A stretch of 64,000 bases of DNA, taken from positions 930,001-994,000 of the forward strand of contig LSRY02000011.1 of the NCBI GenBank assembly GCA_001643675.2, read 5' to 3'. A program made the position numbers and the translations under genes. The notes beneath the pieces were generated by a model that saw only the letters and a program-made list of their open reading frames with translations, ran no database searches and was not told where the DNA came from. Of the stretch, positions 11,660-25,431 are shown piece by piece. The DNA comes from Monocercomonoides exilis PA203. Its lineage: Eukaryota; Protista; Preaxostyla. Position 1 is the stretch's first letter, and every line of letters begins with the position of its first letter.

Positions 11660-14250
11660 TAGCTAGATAAAATTTTTTCTGGAACATGTGATTGTTTGAT
11701 ATTTGATTTTGTTGTTTTTTCATCAAGAGTCAAACGATTGTTATTTGTTGAGTAGTTTGACTCACTGCACATTGAACTCATTTGATTAGAGAAATATGAA
11801 GGAAACTTTAAAGATGTTGGAACAGATGAAGCTTCAACATCTGATGAAATGGAATAACCATAATGACAATTTGACAAATAAAAAAATGCAGGTTTTTTGT
11901 AACAGTTTTCTGATGGGGAATGAACATGAAGGATATTGAAAGATGTTATTGAAGTTGAAGGATGAAGACTGGAGTGCTGTTTTGTTTAAATGTTACGCTG
12001 AAGTGAAATAGATGGGTTTTGCAAAGAAACATTATTATTTGTGCTGACAAGATTAACTCCATTCTCTTTCGGATTAATAATCAAAATGCAGTATGAAATA
12101 GCAGTTTCTTGATGTGATAGTCCAAATTAAAACAAATTTGGTGAAGTAATTTTGGAAATATGAATGCATTCCTGATTTTCTTGAGAGTTAACAACCAAAG
12201 ACTAAATTGAACATTTGTTAATGTTATAGTCAGTTTCTGTTATGATTTCATTTTCAATGAAAGATATTTTTCAGTAGAAACAAACGTACCAACTATCTTT
12301 AGATGATAAACATTTTGGCAACAAGCATCCTTTTCGACACATTGAATAAAAATGACCACTCTCTTTTGATCCTTGATGAAAAAAAAGTCCACCAGACTGT
12401 AATTGTGGGAATTCTCAGAAAAAGAAGGATGAGAAACTATCGTTCCTTTAGAATTCAAAAGCGAGATTGCAGAGGAAATATTGTGTATTTTCTTTTAGCT
12501 ATTTGTGTCTGACTCAAAAGTGAATGTCTAAATGTGAGGGAATTGATTTATTATCATCAATGAAAATCGATAAGTATTTTTTTGTCATTGGAAGCAGATG
12601 TCTTCTCTGTTGTTGGAATTTGTTTAACTTGTCCTGAATGATTTGCTAAACTTGGAAATGATATCTTTTTCTTTAGGTCGTATTGAAGGTGTTAATACAC
12701 TGATTCCCAACTTTTCGATTCCGCATTGCCTCCATTTTCTTGGATAAGATATTATTGTTTTCACATAATTTGTCAATTCAGGAGTTACTGATATAACTTC
12801 TGGAAATAAATTCAAAAAAGTTTCATAACATTCCTGTTGTTTTCATTTTTGCAGCCGGTGTCTTTTTTCCCAGTTTCTAACGAAAGATAAGGAACAAGGT
12901 TGTGGGACATCATCATTATGGATGTGAACCGGAAAATCCGAAGGTTTAACAATGTCCAGCAATCGCTGAAAATAGAAATAAATCCTCTCTATTCGTGTTC
13001 AAAATTGATCTGAGTGCAAATATTTTGCACGGATCACTTACGGCATTGCGACGAAATAACAAGTGTTTCCCATGTTTGGCAACGAATTATTAGTCTTGCT
13101 TTCTCTTTGTGTTCCAGAATGTGGACCTTATTGATGATTCTGTGTTCTTCATTCGATGGTGGAATAACATGAAGTGATATATTCTTGACTATTCTTTTAA
13201 GATTTATCATTGTTTACGTTTGTATTATGAAGTTCTTCGCTTTTTTCAATCTCTGAATTTTGTCCATTATTACTTTGTTATACTAATTTTACAAAATCCA
13301 AATTTATTTCTGGTTCGAAACAGCTTTCTTCATCCATTTCGCATTGAACTGCCAATAGCGGAATTTCATCATCAATGTTCATATGATTGAATTCATCGTT
13401 TTTTGAAATGCTTGATTCTTCTGCTGTCAGCAAACAATCGTTTCTTTTGTTGATTTCTCTGAAATAATGATAAAGAGGATCAACAACCTCTTGCATTTCG
13501 TTACTGCAGATGACCTGAAAATCATCATCTGTTTCCGGTTCAAATTCTGAATGATGAAATTCTTAAACACTTTAGATAGAAGAACTTAATGGAAAAACAA
13601 ACTACGGCTTTGGCGAAAGAAGTTTTCTATGGATTCCGATGAATCGGTTGAATTTCTATATGAAATTTAAAGAAAATACTCTCATTTTCATAATATAATT
13701 ATATTTTGATATAAATGAATGATTTTTGTATCAAAATCAGAAACTCCTTTCTTTTAAAGAACAAAAGATAATGAAAACAAACTATGTTTGAATGGCAGAA
13801 GTATTGATTTTTGATGAGTTTAATAATAAAACGATGTGAATGAACTATTGCCTTTTGCATGATAATAACTTCCGTGGGAACATGAAAAGCCCTAATCAAT
13901 CAGCTGAGATAGGCTAAATTCCAGGCAAACACATTGCATTATTGTGAGTTTCGTATGCAAGTTTTTTTTCCCCTATTGAAAGCAGAGACCAAGCGGATTT
14001 AGATATATTGATTCTTATCTTTTGCAGACAACGAGAGAAAAGAAGTTTAATTTTGTACCAAAACAATAATTGAAAGCAATGACATTCTGTTTTATAATAA
14101 TATTTAAACTTTCGGAAGCATTTTTTTAAATCAACGTTTTTATAAAAGTACATGAACTTCAACAATTCTGTACAGTCATTTACAGATTTATTTGAAAGAT
14201 ACTTCCATGCTTCTTTGCATTTTTCGCTTTTCCTGAAATTCGACAACAGT
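11660..14250 (-). pseudogene. Fragmented coding-like sequence, product unidentified
   Basis: A run of co-oriented minus-strand ORF fragments with protein-like composition; no motif recognised. Confidence 0.3.
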
Positions 14251-15909
14251 TAAAGTTTTAATCAATCACATTTTGTAATTAAAATGTGTTGTTTTTTGTT
14301 GTTTATTAGGAAGACAAACGGTATGATCAAGCAAATCTTTAATTCTTTGAATTTTTAAATAAAAATGAACTTCAGATAATTTGAATATAAAAAATATGTG
14401 TTTCAGATAAAGGTTTTTCAAGATGTTAGACAATTTCGCACAAATAAAAAATATTTCGTAAAAAAATTTCCAAATATTGACTTTTTTAGTCTTTGATTTA
14501 TTAAAAACTATTATTCTTCAAAATAAAAAAATTCATAATTCTTTTGAAAGACTGTTCGAAATATTTCTCAAGTTCTGATATAGCTCGATTCGAACATTTC
14601 GAGCAATTTCTGTTTTTGAAGAAATGTTTGAAATGAATGTTCTGAATCACTTTTCCTTCGGCACAATTATTTTGTATCGGTTTGAACGGTAGGATTCAAT
14701 TCAAAATGCTTCATAGTATTAGCGAATAATGAATGCAGGCTGTTTCAGTTTAAAAGCTTTCATTTAACTGTGTCACTGGAATAAATCATGCTAATGAATA
14801 AACTCTATCGATTGTCCCAAAGGTATTTTATTCCCTTTTTCCCTTCCACAGTCAATCAAAGTTTTCAAATTCCTTTGGTTACCCATTCATCGAGTCTGCT
14901 CCAAATAATGAATTCTTGTTTAATGCAACATTAATCCAAAAACGTTGTGTCAGCTTTGGATCCTCCTCGGATAAAGAATGTGTTTTTGCTGTTCCAGATT
15001 GTGCAAACAGGCACACACTGCTTAGAGTTCTGTGTTTGGAGAGTTTTGTAGAATTTGAGATCACTAGAAATAACGTAGTGAATATTTTTTAAGCAGTGTG
15101 TGTGGAAATGAATGCACAGATATAATAAATCATGAGATGTCAAAGACCAATATATGAGGAAATGGACCTGTGTTGTGTGTATATATGGAAGAGCAGGAGG
15201 AAAATGGAGAAATGGAGAAAAAGGGTTGAATGAAGTTGAAAGAAAACAACAGAAAAACAGAAATTCTTGAAAAAAAAATTTGATTAAGAAGCGGATCAAA
15301 CATATGAACGTTCAAGAAAAGTCTCAAAAAGTTTATTCAACTGCAAGTGCAAAACAGAGAAGCCAAAGGGAAAAGTTGGGAGAAGTGGGAAGCAACCAGG
15401 TCTTTCAAATTAGAAACTGATCAAAAAGCATTCTTAAAGGAATGGAAGATCAGCGGTTGACTCTTTATTCGTCACTTTTTTGATTTTTTAACTGCATCAT
15501 GAATGTTAGTGCGAAGCAAAAAGCGAAAATTAGAATACATCAGAAAATTATAAGCAAACGTCATCTTCACCATTAGAAATATAAATTAACCTTTCGGAAG
15601 CCTCGGCTGTGGATGAATCATAAACTTCTTGTTGCAATGATTGAGTGAATTGAGTTGCGTGTGTGTATTGTTGTGCCTGAGGCAGCTGGAGTGTATGCGC
15701 TGCACACACAGTTGTCGTTGCGGAAGCAGCAGACGCTTCGAGGGATGTGCTGTCTGGTAGTGTTGCATTTGAGTTCGATGTGGTTCTTTTTGAGATGTTT
15801 TCTGTTCAGTTGGTGCAGACGTTTCATTAGCTTGCAGAGTCTTAAGATATGAAGTCAGAGAGCATGCGGATCGTTTCAGTTGCAGATGTGAATGCATTTT
15901 TGTCGATCT

Positions 15910-16165
15910 GGGTGATTATTTTTGAAATCATGACTGTTTTCGGAGCGTGCATATTTATGAAAGTTTGCTGAATTCGAAAATAAAAATTTTGTTGAAATGG
16001 TTTATTCATTTTATTCAATCAAAAGAAATTGTTTGACGGGAAAGAAAGGCAGAGATGATTTTTGTTGCAGTAATTCTTTTTCTATGTTCACTGATAAAAA
16101 TTCAAAACAAAAAATTTTTACCAAAATTTATCTTAGAAAAAAAATAATTTCCAAAATAACCACCC
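15910..16165. mobile_element. 256-bp GGGTGATT-ended MITE
   Basis: Left TIR matches the family; right end AAAATAACCACCC; flanks ATCT/CTCT; AT-rich island within GC-richer sequence. Confidence 0.7.
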
Positions 16166-16189
16166 CTCTTTAATCTATTTAAGCCATCA

Positions 16190-17520
16190 TTGTAGATATG
16201 ACGATCGCAACAGTCGAGGAGTGTGGCGGTGAAGCTGGATGACGAAGTGACGCGGTGAAGGGTTGAAATGTGTGTATGTGTGCGTGGGAGACTGTGGAGA
16301 AGTGGGCTAGAGGCGAAAGAACTGAGGATGGAGGATGTTGGATGTTGTTCTGTCAACAGCAGCAATAACCCTGGCAGCTCTGGAGGAGGAAGAAGGGGTG
16401 AAGGAGAAGAAGGAGAAGAAATAGGAAGGCGGAGGGAATGTGTAAGAAAAAGAAGAAGAAGAAGGAGTAGAATATAAAGGAAAAGCATGAGAAGGCAAAG
16501 CAGGTTGTGGAGAAGAAGTTTCTGAAGTTTAACATGCTACTGCAGAAGATCCGAAACGAAGAGCGGATCTCGAAGCCTGTGAATGCACTGGGGGAGCAGC
16601 TGCAGGAAAAGGACAAGATCATCAGAACGAATCAGAAGAAGATTCTGCTGCTGGGTGAGAAGCACAACGAAGAGGTGAAAGATGTGAATGATCAGCAAGA
16701 AATGATGAATGAGAAGGTGGAACAGAATGATATAGGGATTAAGAAACACCACATAGTCCTTGTAAAAGAGAGGTAGGAGTTGAAGAAAATGAAGACATGA
16801 GATGATGAGACAGTACATCGGTTGGTTGGGCAGGAGAAGGAGCTGGAAGAGTAAATTGTGAGTGGAAAATCTTAAAGGTGAAGTGAATGTTGTTCAGAGG
16901 AGAAAGGAACAATAGGGAACAATGGAGTGATGATAAAGAGGAGGAGGAACAGTCGTTGAGGCGGAGAATAGGATGATGCAGATGAGGATTTTGGTGTCAC
17001 TGAATGACGATCCGAAGAGAAAGCATGAGGACTGCATGTCTCCGAAAATTCAAACAGGTGTTAAGAAAAGGGAATTGGAAGGGAAGGTGACTGTTGCTCA
17101 GCGGTTGTGTATGCATCATAAGCAGACGACAGACAGCATAGACAGAGAAGGGTCGGAGTGGCTTGAGAAGATTCCGGGCGAAAGGTGGAAGGGTTGCCTG
17201 GATCAATAGGTTTGCCTTTGCCAGTGGGATCTCCAGCGATGGAGCTGTTGGCGAGTACAGTGACTAAGTTGTCTTAACTTGTGGAGCGCAAAATAAAACA
17301 TATGCTTCGAATTCACTTCACGTTGCATCCATTTGTGAAGATGCAGTTATATCTGAAACAGTTGAAGACGGTGATGCAGTCGTCGCTTGTGTGGACGCTG
17401 TCAACTATCCGGGGGATATACCGAGATGGGAGTGCAGCAGATACAGGAAGTATTTGTCTTGTCAGCTGCTGTCAGATTTATCTGGAACTTGGGTTGTTTC
17501 AAGTTGATTTTTCAAAGCTC
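16190..17520 (+). pseudogene. Decayed coiled-coil-coding gene fragment
   Basis: Purine-rich coding-like composition, E/K/Q-rich ORF 16507-16776, multiple stops. Confidence 0.3.
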
Positions 17521-17569
17521 ATTCCATGTTTGCAAAAATGAGAAAATGCAAAATTCATTTTTTCAATAT

Positions 17570-17826
17570 GGGTGATTATTTTTGAAATCATAACTTTTTT
17601 CGGGATGCTGATTATTTTGATAATTCATTGTCAAAGAGAATCAATTAATCTTTGAAATGAAAAAATCATTTCAATTGTGTCAAAAGCCAATATTTGATGA
17701 AAATGGAATACAAAGATTGTCTTTATAGGATTTATCACTTTTCTGTGTCCATTTATCAATATTCAAAACGATATTATCAAATCGAATTTTTTGTTCAAAA
17801 AAATATGATTTCAAAAATAATCATCC
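17570..17826. mobile_element. 257-bp GGGTGATT-ended MITE, ATAT TSD
   Basis: TIR GGGTGATTATTTTTGAAATCATA / TATGATTTCAAAAATAATCATCC; ATAT on both sides. Confidence 0.85.
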
Positions 17827-18400
17827 ATATAATATTGAAAGTGTTGTGAAAAAGTTATTCATATTTTGAGTGAAAAAATGTTGCATAGAAAGATTCATAA
17901 TCTCAATATGAAACAACAAATAAACATGAAATCGAAAAATGTGTTAACGTGTTTTGATTTTTTAATCTCCTTTAACAAGTGCGTAATCTTCTTCGCTATC
18001 TGTTCTTTTTCATTTCTCTGTCCACAGCTGAAGGCACGGAAAGTTTGTTATCGTTCTTTGAATCAAATGTATAGTTGCAATTTTGTCCATGAAGGAATCA
18101 ATTTCTTCATTAGCAGAGAAAGTTTTTGGTGATTCAATTTTTTCTTCGAAATATGGTTTCAAAATTTACCATTGACAAAAAGCTTCGGTTGTGCTTAAAA
18201 CCTCTTTTCTTTGATATACAAGCTTTTCTTTTTAAGGATTTGGAAAATCATATTTTTGTTTATTTCTTATTTTTTCTTCACCATTGTTGGCAATTTCTAA
18301 CTGTTGGAGATTCTCTTGAAGCGGTGTGTCATCGTTTGTTTTTGATTCTCATAATGTTTTTTTTTTCAAGCTTTTATCAAAACTCTTAATTCATTCAAAT

Positions 18401-18640
18401 GGGTGATTCTTTTTGAAAAGTCACAAATGTTTAATTTTCAAATAAATCAAAAATTTTATAAATGTCTCAAATTTCTGTTAACATTCACGTAACTACACTT
18501 GAATGCATGACGTAGCATTATCGAATAATGGATTCCATATTTGGTAAGTTTGGTGCATGTTAACAGAAATTTGAGACATTTATAAAATTTTTGATTTATT
18601 TGAAAATAAAACATTTGTGACTTATCAAAAAGAATCACCC
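18401..18640. mobile_element. 240-bp MITE with ~83-bp TIRs, AAAT TSD
   Basis: Near-perfect TIRs, AAAT on both flanks, sibling of 7582-7821. Confidence 0.88.
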
Positions 18641-18689
18641 AAATAAATATGTGAATTCACTCATTTTTCTTTCTTTTATTTTTGAAATC

Positions 18690-19470
18690 TTAATCATTGA
18701 GTCATCAATATTCTTCCATCATGCATGTTTAAAACAACGTTCAATTGTCTCCTTTTTCACTTCATTCCAAGCTTTCAAAATCAAGTTCATCGGTTCGAAT
18801 ATATCAATAAAAGCATCTTCTTCATAAAGATCTATGTCAATATCTTTAATAATTCAAAAGGTTTTCGAAATTTTGTTTGAATGTTTTTATAACTCCAGAA
18901 TCAAGAGGTCGAATAATTGAAGTGAAGTTCTGTGGAAGAAAAAGCAAGGAATTATGTGAAAAACCTGTTGATATCAAACAATGTGCTGTGCAATTATCCA
19001 CAAGCAATGTTATTTTTCTGTTCATTGAAGCCATTTTCGAATTAAGCATTTTAAAGAAATCATTAAACAAAATCACATTCATCCACGCATTTTTTGAATG
19101 GGTGTAATTGACTGGTAAATGTTTTCGTTTGAAACACCTCGGATTTATCTATTTTCCAATCACAAAAAAAAAAAAAAAAAAAAATAAAAAATAAAAAATT
19201 CTCTCCTATCATGCTTACGCATAAAAAAACTGTAACTTTGTATTTTGGTGTTTTCATGCCAACTGCTTTTTCTTAACCTTCAATGAATGTTCTGTTTATA
19301 AATTCGTGAAAGTTCAGACCAAATTCATCTCCATCAAAAACATTTTCTTCGCCAAATTCGCTAATAATTTTCGGAAGAGTCTGTTTTATCCAAGTTTCTG
19401 CAGATGATACATCAGCTGAAAGGACCTCTCCAGATATCTTTTTTGATGTAATATAGTTATGTTTTTTCCA
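18690..19470 (-). pseudogene. pogo/Tigger (Tc1-mariner, DDE_1/CENP-B-like) transposase remnant
   Basis: KKISGE..SAD, NVFDGDEFGL (cf. FNxDETGL), KVTVFLCVSMIGE, LLVDNCTAH, FLPQNFTSIIRPLDSGVIKTFK, AWNEVKKETIERCF; frameshifted, 5' end cut by an insertion at 19474. Confidence 0.88.
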
Positions 19471-19473
19471 TCT

Positions 19474-19880
19474 GGGTGAAAATACGGACTTTCAAGTTTT
19501 TTTTGCACAAGGCATGAAAAAATTGTTTCACTAATAACATTTTTAAACTTAATCAGGTTACAATATAAAATAGATTTTCATTTTTGTTAGCAAACATCAT
19601 TGATATAATAACGTTATGTTTTGTGATATGTCTAAATTTTTTTGAAAAGTTCTTTTTGTTTAATTTTCAAATTTAATAAAATTCTCATATTTTCATCAAT
19701 TTTTTGTTCCCACGTTTTAAACTTCTATAAAATGAAAATAAAAACATTGTTGAGGTTTTGATATCCAATTAAGGAAAGTTTAATCCGTGGGAACAAAAAA
19801 CTGATAATAATATGAAAATTTTATTATATTTGTAAATTAAACAAAAGGAACTTTTCTTAAAAATTCACACATATCAAACG
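19474..19880. mobile_element. Truncated foldback/MITE starting GGGTGAAAATACGGAC
   Basis: Left end homologous to 37216; internal imperfect inverted repeat ~19620-19716 / 19786-19878. Confidence 0.55.
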
Positions 19881-21170
19881 GATTTCGACAAATAAACCCA
19901 TTTATTTCAAATTTTATGATCACAAAAACTTCATTATTGGTGTGTAATTGTTCAATGAAAATGGCTGAAGTTAAATATTTTGTTTCATTTAGAGTTATAA
20001 TTACAAAAATAATCTCCCTAATGTTTGAAAATGATAACATAAATTATTGAGTTTTATATGATAAAAACCAAAATTTTATGAAATAGATGAAATTATATTT
20101 TTTGAAACTTTATAAAAAAATATTTCTATTTAATTATGTTTGGAACTGGACTGTTGAAAAATAGATACAAAATAATTAAAAATGAAATAATAAATTGAAT
20201 AAAATATTACATAATTAATAATACTTAAAATGATTAGAATAATAAATATTTCTCCTTCTGAGAGTCTTTCTGTGAAATGATAAAGAGTAACGGATTATTA
20301 AAATGCAATAGCAAATGAGCTTTTATTTCTTAAGAAATGGTTCGTATAAACCTTGATTTTTTCTTTTGTGAATAACTTTAAATTTTATTTTATTATGATA
20401 CTTTCTGTTTTCTTTTTCGTAAATACTTGCAATAATTGTATTTTAGAAAGTTGACAGAATAGGATCAAATTCATGAATTGATAAATGTCCATCACTTTGA
20501 ACAGCGCGTTATGATACTGCATAAATCACATCCTGAATCACTTTTTTTTCTGTTGGGCTTCCACAACACTTTGAAATGAAATTATTCAGCTTTGCTGTGT
20601 TCCATTCTTTTTCTGTAACTTCATTTGCTCATAGTGCGTCAAACAGCATGCCAAACTGTGAACTGTGTCGTTCCTTGTTTCACGAAACACATTTAACCTC
20701 AAGAGAAGCAAGACATTGGCAAACACTTGCTAATGAACTCAACTTTTGAAAGCAAGGAAACTGCCTACCGCTTGAGGAAGAGGCAGAGATGAACGAACGT
20801 GATTTTTTACTGCTGATGGACGCAGATATTGATGAAGATAGAATTTTTTCATCCACGCAACCTTGAATGTAATCCATCACTAACTGTTGCGTCAAACTGC
20901 AATTCGAAAATGTCTATTCACAAAAAAGATTTTTTGTTTTTATTATTCACAATTCAAATGCAAAGCTTTCAATAAACAAAATTATAAGAATTTCATAAAT
21001 TTTTTTCATCAAGAAACTTTTCTTCAATAATTGATTCCTGATCTTCTTCATCAGAATTTTCTCATGATAAATCTTTTTTGTAAAAAGAATTAGAAAAAAA
21101 AAGAAAGAAAAATTATTCAATTATCGAATATATGAAATTTGAAAAAAAAAATCAAAGATAAATCACACTT

Positions 21171-21686
21171 TCAAGAAAATGAAATTTGACTTATTGCTTT
21201 GTAATAAATACTAATATTTTCTGAAGAAAAATATCCGTCATTCGATTTGAATGAAGGTGTTGAAACGGGAGAAAAAACAGGGATTGGATTTGTTTCAATG
21301 GTAGGAGCTGCAGATCGGAAATCGTTCGACACGGTAATTGGAGCAGAAACTGATATTGGAGAAGAAATTGAAACAGAAGCAGATGCAGACAATGGAACTG
21401 AAGAAGTAAAGTGATTTGTGGAAGAAAATTGTATCGATGAGAAGAACGGCTGTGATATAGTTATTGGTGATGATACGGTTATTGGAGCTGAAACCCTCAT
21501 TGATGCAGAAAAAGAAGCAGACGATGAAATTGAAACAGGTGCAGACACAGATACAGGGGCGGGCACAGAAAATTTAATTGCTGATTCGAAACTTGAATTC
21601 TGAGCATTCTGTTGTTGTTTCAATTCAGAACAAAACGTCTTTGACATGACAGAAGAAAATTGAAACAACGACAAAATGACTGACAA
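21171..21686 (-). pseudogene. Ser/Pro/Val-rich low-complexity coding fragment
   Basis: 171-codon ORF with repeated SAP(I/V)(S/T)V motifs; further broken coding-like sequence at ~20500-20900. Confidence 0.3.
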
Positions 21687-23294
21687 GATATTTATGATTT
21701 GTCAATAATAATTAACAACAATTTCACAATTTTTGATTGCAACAATAATGAAATTGAAAATCTATGTTATTTTAACTTTATATTTGGAAAAAAATAAAAA
21801 TTAAAATAAAACGATCAGATCCCCAACATGTTTTTTTTGACAGGAAATGTCAGTTGAGGAATATTTTTGTCACAATTTGTCATTGACCATCACTGAACAT
21901 CACTGACAAAAGAGAAAAAGACAGATATTTCAAATTCTATCAACAGAATTTTTTAAAAGCTCTTTTTAAAGCTTTTCAAAAGATTTCACGAACATTTGTA
22001 TTATTTTATTTTTATTTTATTTTTCAATTAAATTAAAAAAAAAATTCTTTTTTTGTGACAGACTAATGTTTTTAAAAATTCTCATGTTACAGAAGTATAT
22101 TCAGAAAATAAAAATCAATAAGTTTTTTTAAAAAAAAAATAATAACAAAACAAATAAAGATATATTTGAATAATTGAACAAAACTTTCTTACAAAACAGA
22201 AACACCTATTGATAACTAAACAAATAACCATAATAACTTTTCAACCAGTCGAGTGTTAAATAAAAAAATCTGACTCAACTTAAACATCATTCACAAAAAA
22301 TCTTTAAAACATTTTATTTAATAAGTTTTATAACCCAATACGAAGTGATTTCATTTTTCAAAAAACATTTCATTTGTTGAATTATTTCTGATAATCCGAT
22401 TAATTTAAATGTTTTTTAACAATTGGAAATTATCAAAATAAATATAAAACTTGAAAAATAAAAATTTGTAAATCAACAATTTGTAAAAATATACATTATT
22501 CAAATATTTCTTATTTATTAAACATTTTTCTTAAATTAACATATTTTTACAACATAAAAAATTATCATTAATCAATTCGACTGCAAAAATAAAATTAAAT
22601 TATTATTAAAAAATTATACTTCGCTTAATATATTTCTCATATAACTTTTTATAATAATGTTTTTATAATCTAATCAACAAACTTAATCAATCTAATAGAA
22701 ATTTTTAAAAATGCAATTTTTCAAAAATTATTCTGGAAACATATAAATTTATTCAACACTCTGTTTTCGTTTTTAATTAATTGTTCTTTTATTATTTTTA
22801 TTGATATAATTCACTGTGTTTTTTATTTTCAACATTAATGTAAAATCTAGATATATTGGTTAATTTCTCATTTTGGTTAACTGTTTTGAATTTTTTTATA
22901 ATAATTGTTTAATTGGTTTGGTTGATTTTTTGTATGATAATTTTTTATTGTTAGCAACATTAAAAAATTTAATAAACAAGCATAAAAAATTCAATATTGT
23001 TGGAAAATTAAAAATTAAATTTTTATATATAGAATAATATAAAATTTTAAGATTTATAGCCATTTCGTATTTCAAGAAGAATAAATATATGATTGAATAA
23101 TATAAAATATACTCTTTTGGTATTTTATTTGCTGGAAAATAATGTTTATGTGATTAAAATTATTTTTTAGAACATAATTTTGATAGAATTATCAAAATAA
23201 TTTAAAACATATTTTAGTTGAATTTGATTGATTAATGAAATTAAAATTATATTTGGAAATTTTATAAATTGGAACTTTCTTTAAACATTAAATA

Positions 23295-24090
23295 TTCAAA
23301 TGTGTGTGTGTGAGTAAATGAGATAGACAATAGACGGTGTGGAGCATTGAACAAAAAGTGCAAGAGCGTTGGAAATGATGTGCAACACATCCAACGAAGT
23401 GTTGCGAATATGATTGTTATTGATGGGGAAGGGATGATGTGAGTGGAGAGTGTGATTGAAGATGTGAGGATGGTGTCGATTCGGAGGGAGAAGGCGACAA
23501 TCCAATTTTGTGGGAAGATGGAGGGAAGAGGAGAGGAGAGGAGTGTGATGGTGTTTGTGAATGAGAGTGTTGTGGAGATGTGCCTGCTTGTGTTTGGAGA
23601 GATGTTGAGAGTATACACAAATATGCCATGAAAGTGAAGGAGGGACGGATGGTGATGAATGAAAGCTAATTTGAAGGTTCAGCCAATGTGATTGTGAATG
23701 CGAACAAAAGAATGACTGTTGCAGTGAAGGGAGGAGAGATGGAGATGGTGAGATGCACAATCAGGCACATCCATCATTGTGACAGATTTGTTGTGTTCAG
23801 TGGAGAATCGCTTGTTGTGATGGATGAGACTAGGATTTGGGACGTGGAATCAGAGGGGGGTGTGATTGTTGTGGAAGGGGAGGCGAGAGTGAGCGTGAAA
23901 GAAATGGGGATGGAAAACATAACAACAATGGGGAGTGGAGTGTGATGGGGTTGAGAGGGTGTGGAGATGGGAGTGTGTCAAACTGCTCATTCAGTGTGTG
24001 TGAGAGCGGAAAAGAGAAGTGAACGGTTGCATGGAAGAACTGTTGTGAGGATGTAAGGATTGAGATGTGTGATGTGCATAGAGGAGTGGA
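23295..24090 (+). pseudogene. Internal fragment of a paralog of the giant receptor-pseudokinase family
   Basis: Translates to DNRRCGALNKKCKSV..VQHIQ..IVIDGEG...GGEMEMVRC...VSNCSFSVCES, collinear with the part of the big ORF encoded at ~28860-29630; stops and frameshifts. Confidence 0.8.
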
Positions 24091-24449
24091 TAAAGCAAAC
24101 AAAAAATAAGTTTGGAAAGAGATGAATATAAAAAAAAAAGAGTAATTTCTGAAAAAGAAATTTGGAAAGGAAGGAAAAAAAATTCATCAATGTGTTTATT
24201 TCAGCAAACAGAATAAGATTAGTCTTTTTTCTTTCTTTTCAATGATCTGTTATTTCAGTGTGAATGTTTAAACTTTATTTCTTTCGATCTTCATTGTGTT
24301 TTTAATAATAATGTTGGATGACATTCAAAAAAGAGTCACTGGTTTCCAAGCATTGTTGCATTCGAAATCTTGTTTATTCCATTTTTTATTCATTTTTTGT
24401 TGAAAGGTTTGAAGACCGCGAAGGCAATGACAATGAATAAAGACAGTTA

Positions 24450-25431
24450 GGTGAGTATTTTTATTGGCACCAGTTTTTTTATTGGCACCAAAAATTATTT
24501 TCATTATCTTCATTTCATTAAAGCTCATATATCTGTTTCATAACTTAAGAACAATAAACAAATAAAAATTAAGCTGTACGTCAAATATTTTTTCAAAAAA
24601 CTTTCTCAGAAAAATGATCTAATAATTTTTAACTTTTATATTTCGATCAAAATTTTGTTCGTATTTTTTTGACTGATTGCAGTTGCGAGTTTTTATCACG
24701 GAATTCACAAAAACAACTGTATTTTCCGTATTTGTTACTTATTTGTTATATTTTGAACCATTTATTTAAGTGTATTTTTGCATTTCACCATTTTTGTTAA
24801 AACATGCAAAATTAAGCTAATGTGTATGTCTTGTTAAAAAATGTCATAAGAAATTGATAAAATAATCTTTATTGTATATTGTTCATGTTTTGAAAACGAA
24901 TTTATATTCAAAATAATAAAGAAATCAAAGGATCACGCTTTTTAAAGAATTGCATTTTTTTAAGCAGTGACAAATAGGCAATTATCAAATATCATGAATT
25001 AATTTCTAAATACACCTTTTATATATTTTCAACTTCATGTGAATCAATAAAATAAACACATTCATTTGATTTTGCATGTTTTAACAAAAATGGTGAAATG
25101 CAAAAATACACTTAAATAAATGGTTCAAAATATAACAAATAAGTAACAAATACGGAAAATACAGTTGTTTTTGTGAATTCCGTGATAAAAACTCGCAACT
25201 GCAATCAGTCAAAAAAATACGAACAAAATTTTGATCGAAATATAAAAGTTAAAAATTATTAGATCATTTTTCTGAGAAAGTTTTTTGAAAAAATATTTGA
25301 CGTACAGCTTAATTTTTATTTGTTTATTGTTCTTAAGTTATGAAACAGATATATGAGCTTTAATGAAATGAAGATAATGAAAATAATTTTTGGTGCCAAT
25401 AAAAAAACTGGTGCCAATAAAAAAACTCACC
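24450..25431. mobile_element. 982-bp foldback element with ~363-bp TIRs, probable TA TSD
   Basis: 24450-24812 is the near-exact reverse complement of 25069-25431; subterminal TTTTTATTGGCACCA doublet; ta|GGTGAG...CTCACC|ta. Confidence 0.85.

Noticed and set aside
21950-23260. Extremely AT-rich tract as a possible centromere or origin
   Set aside because: No periodicity or motif found; cannot be distinguished from old decayed sequence.
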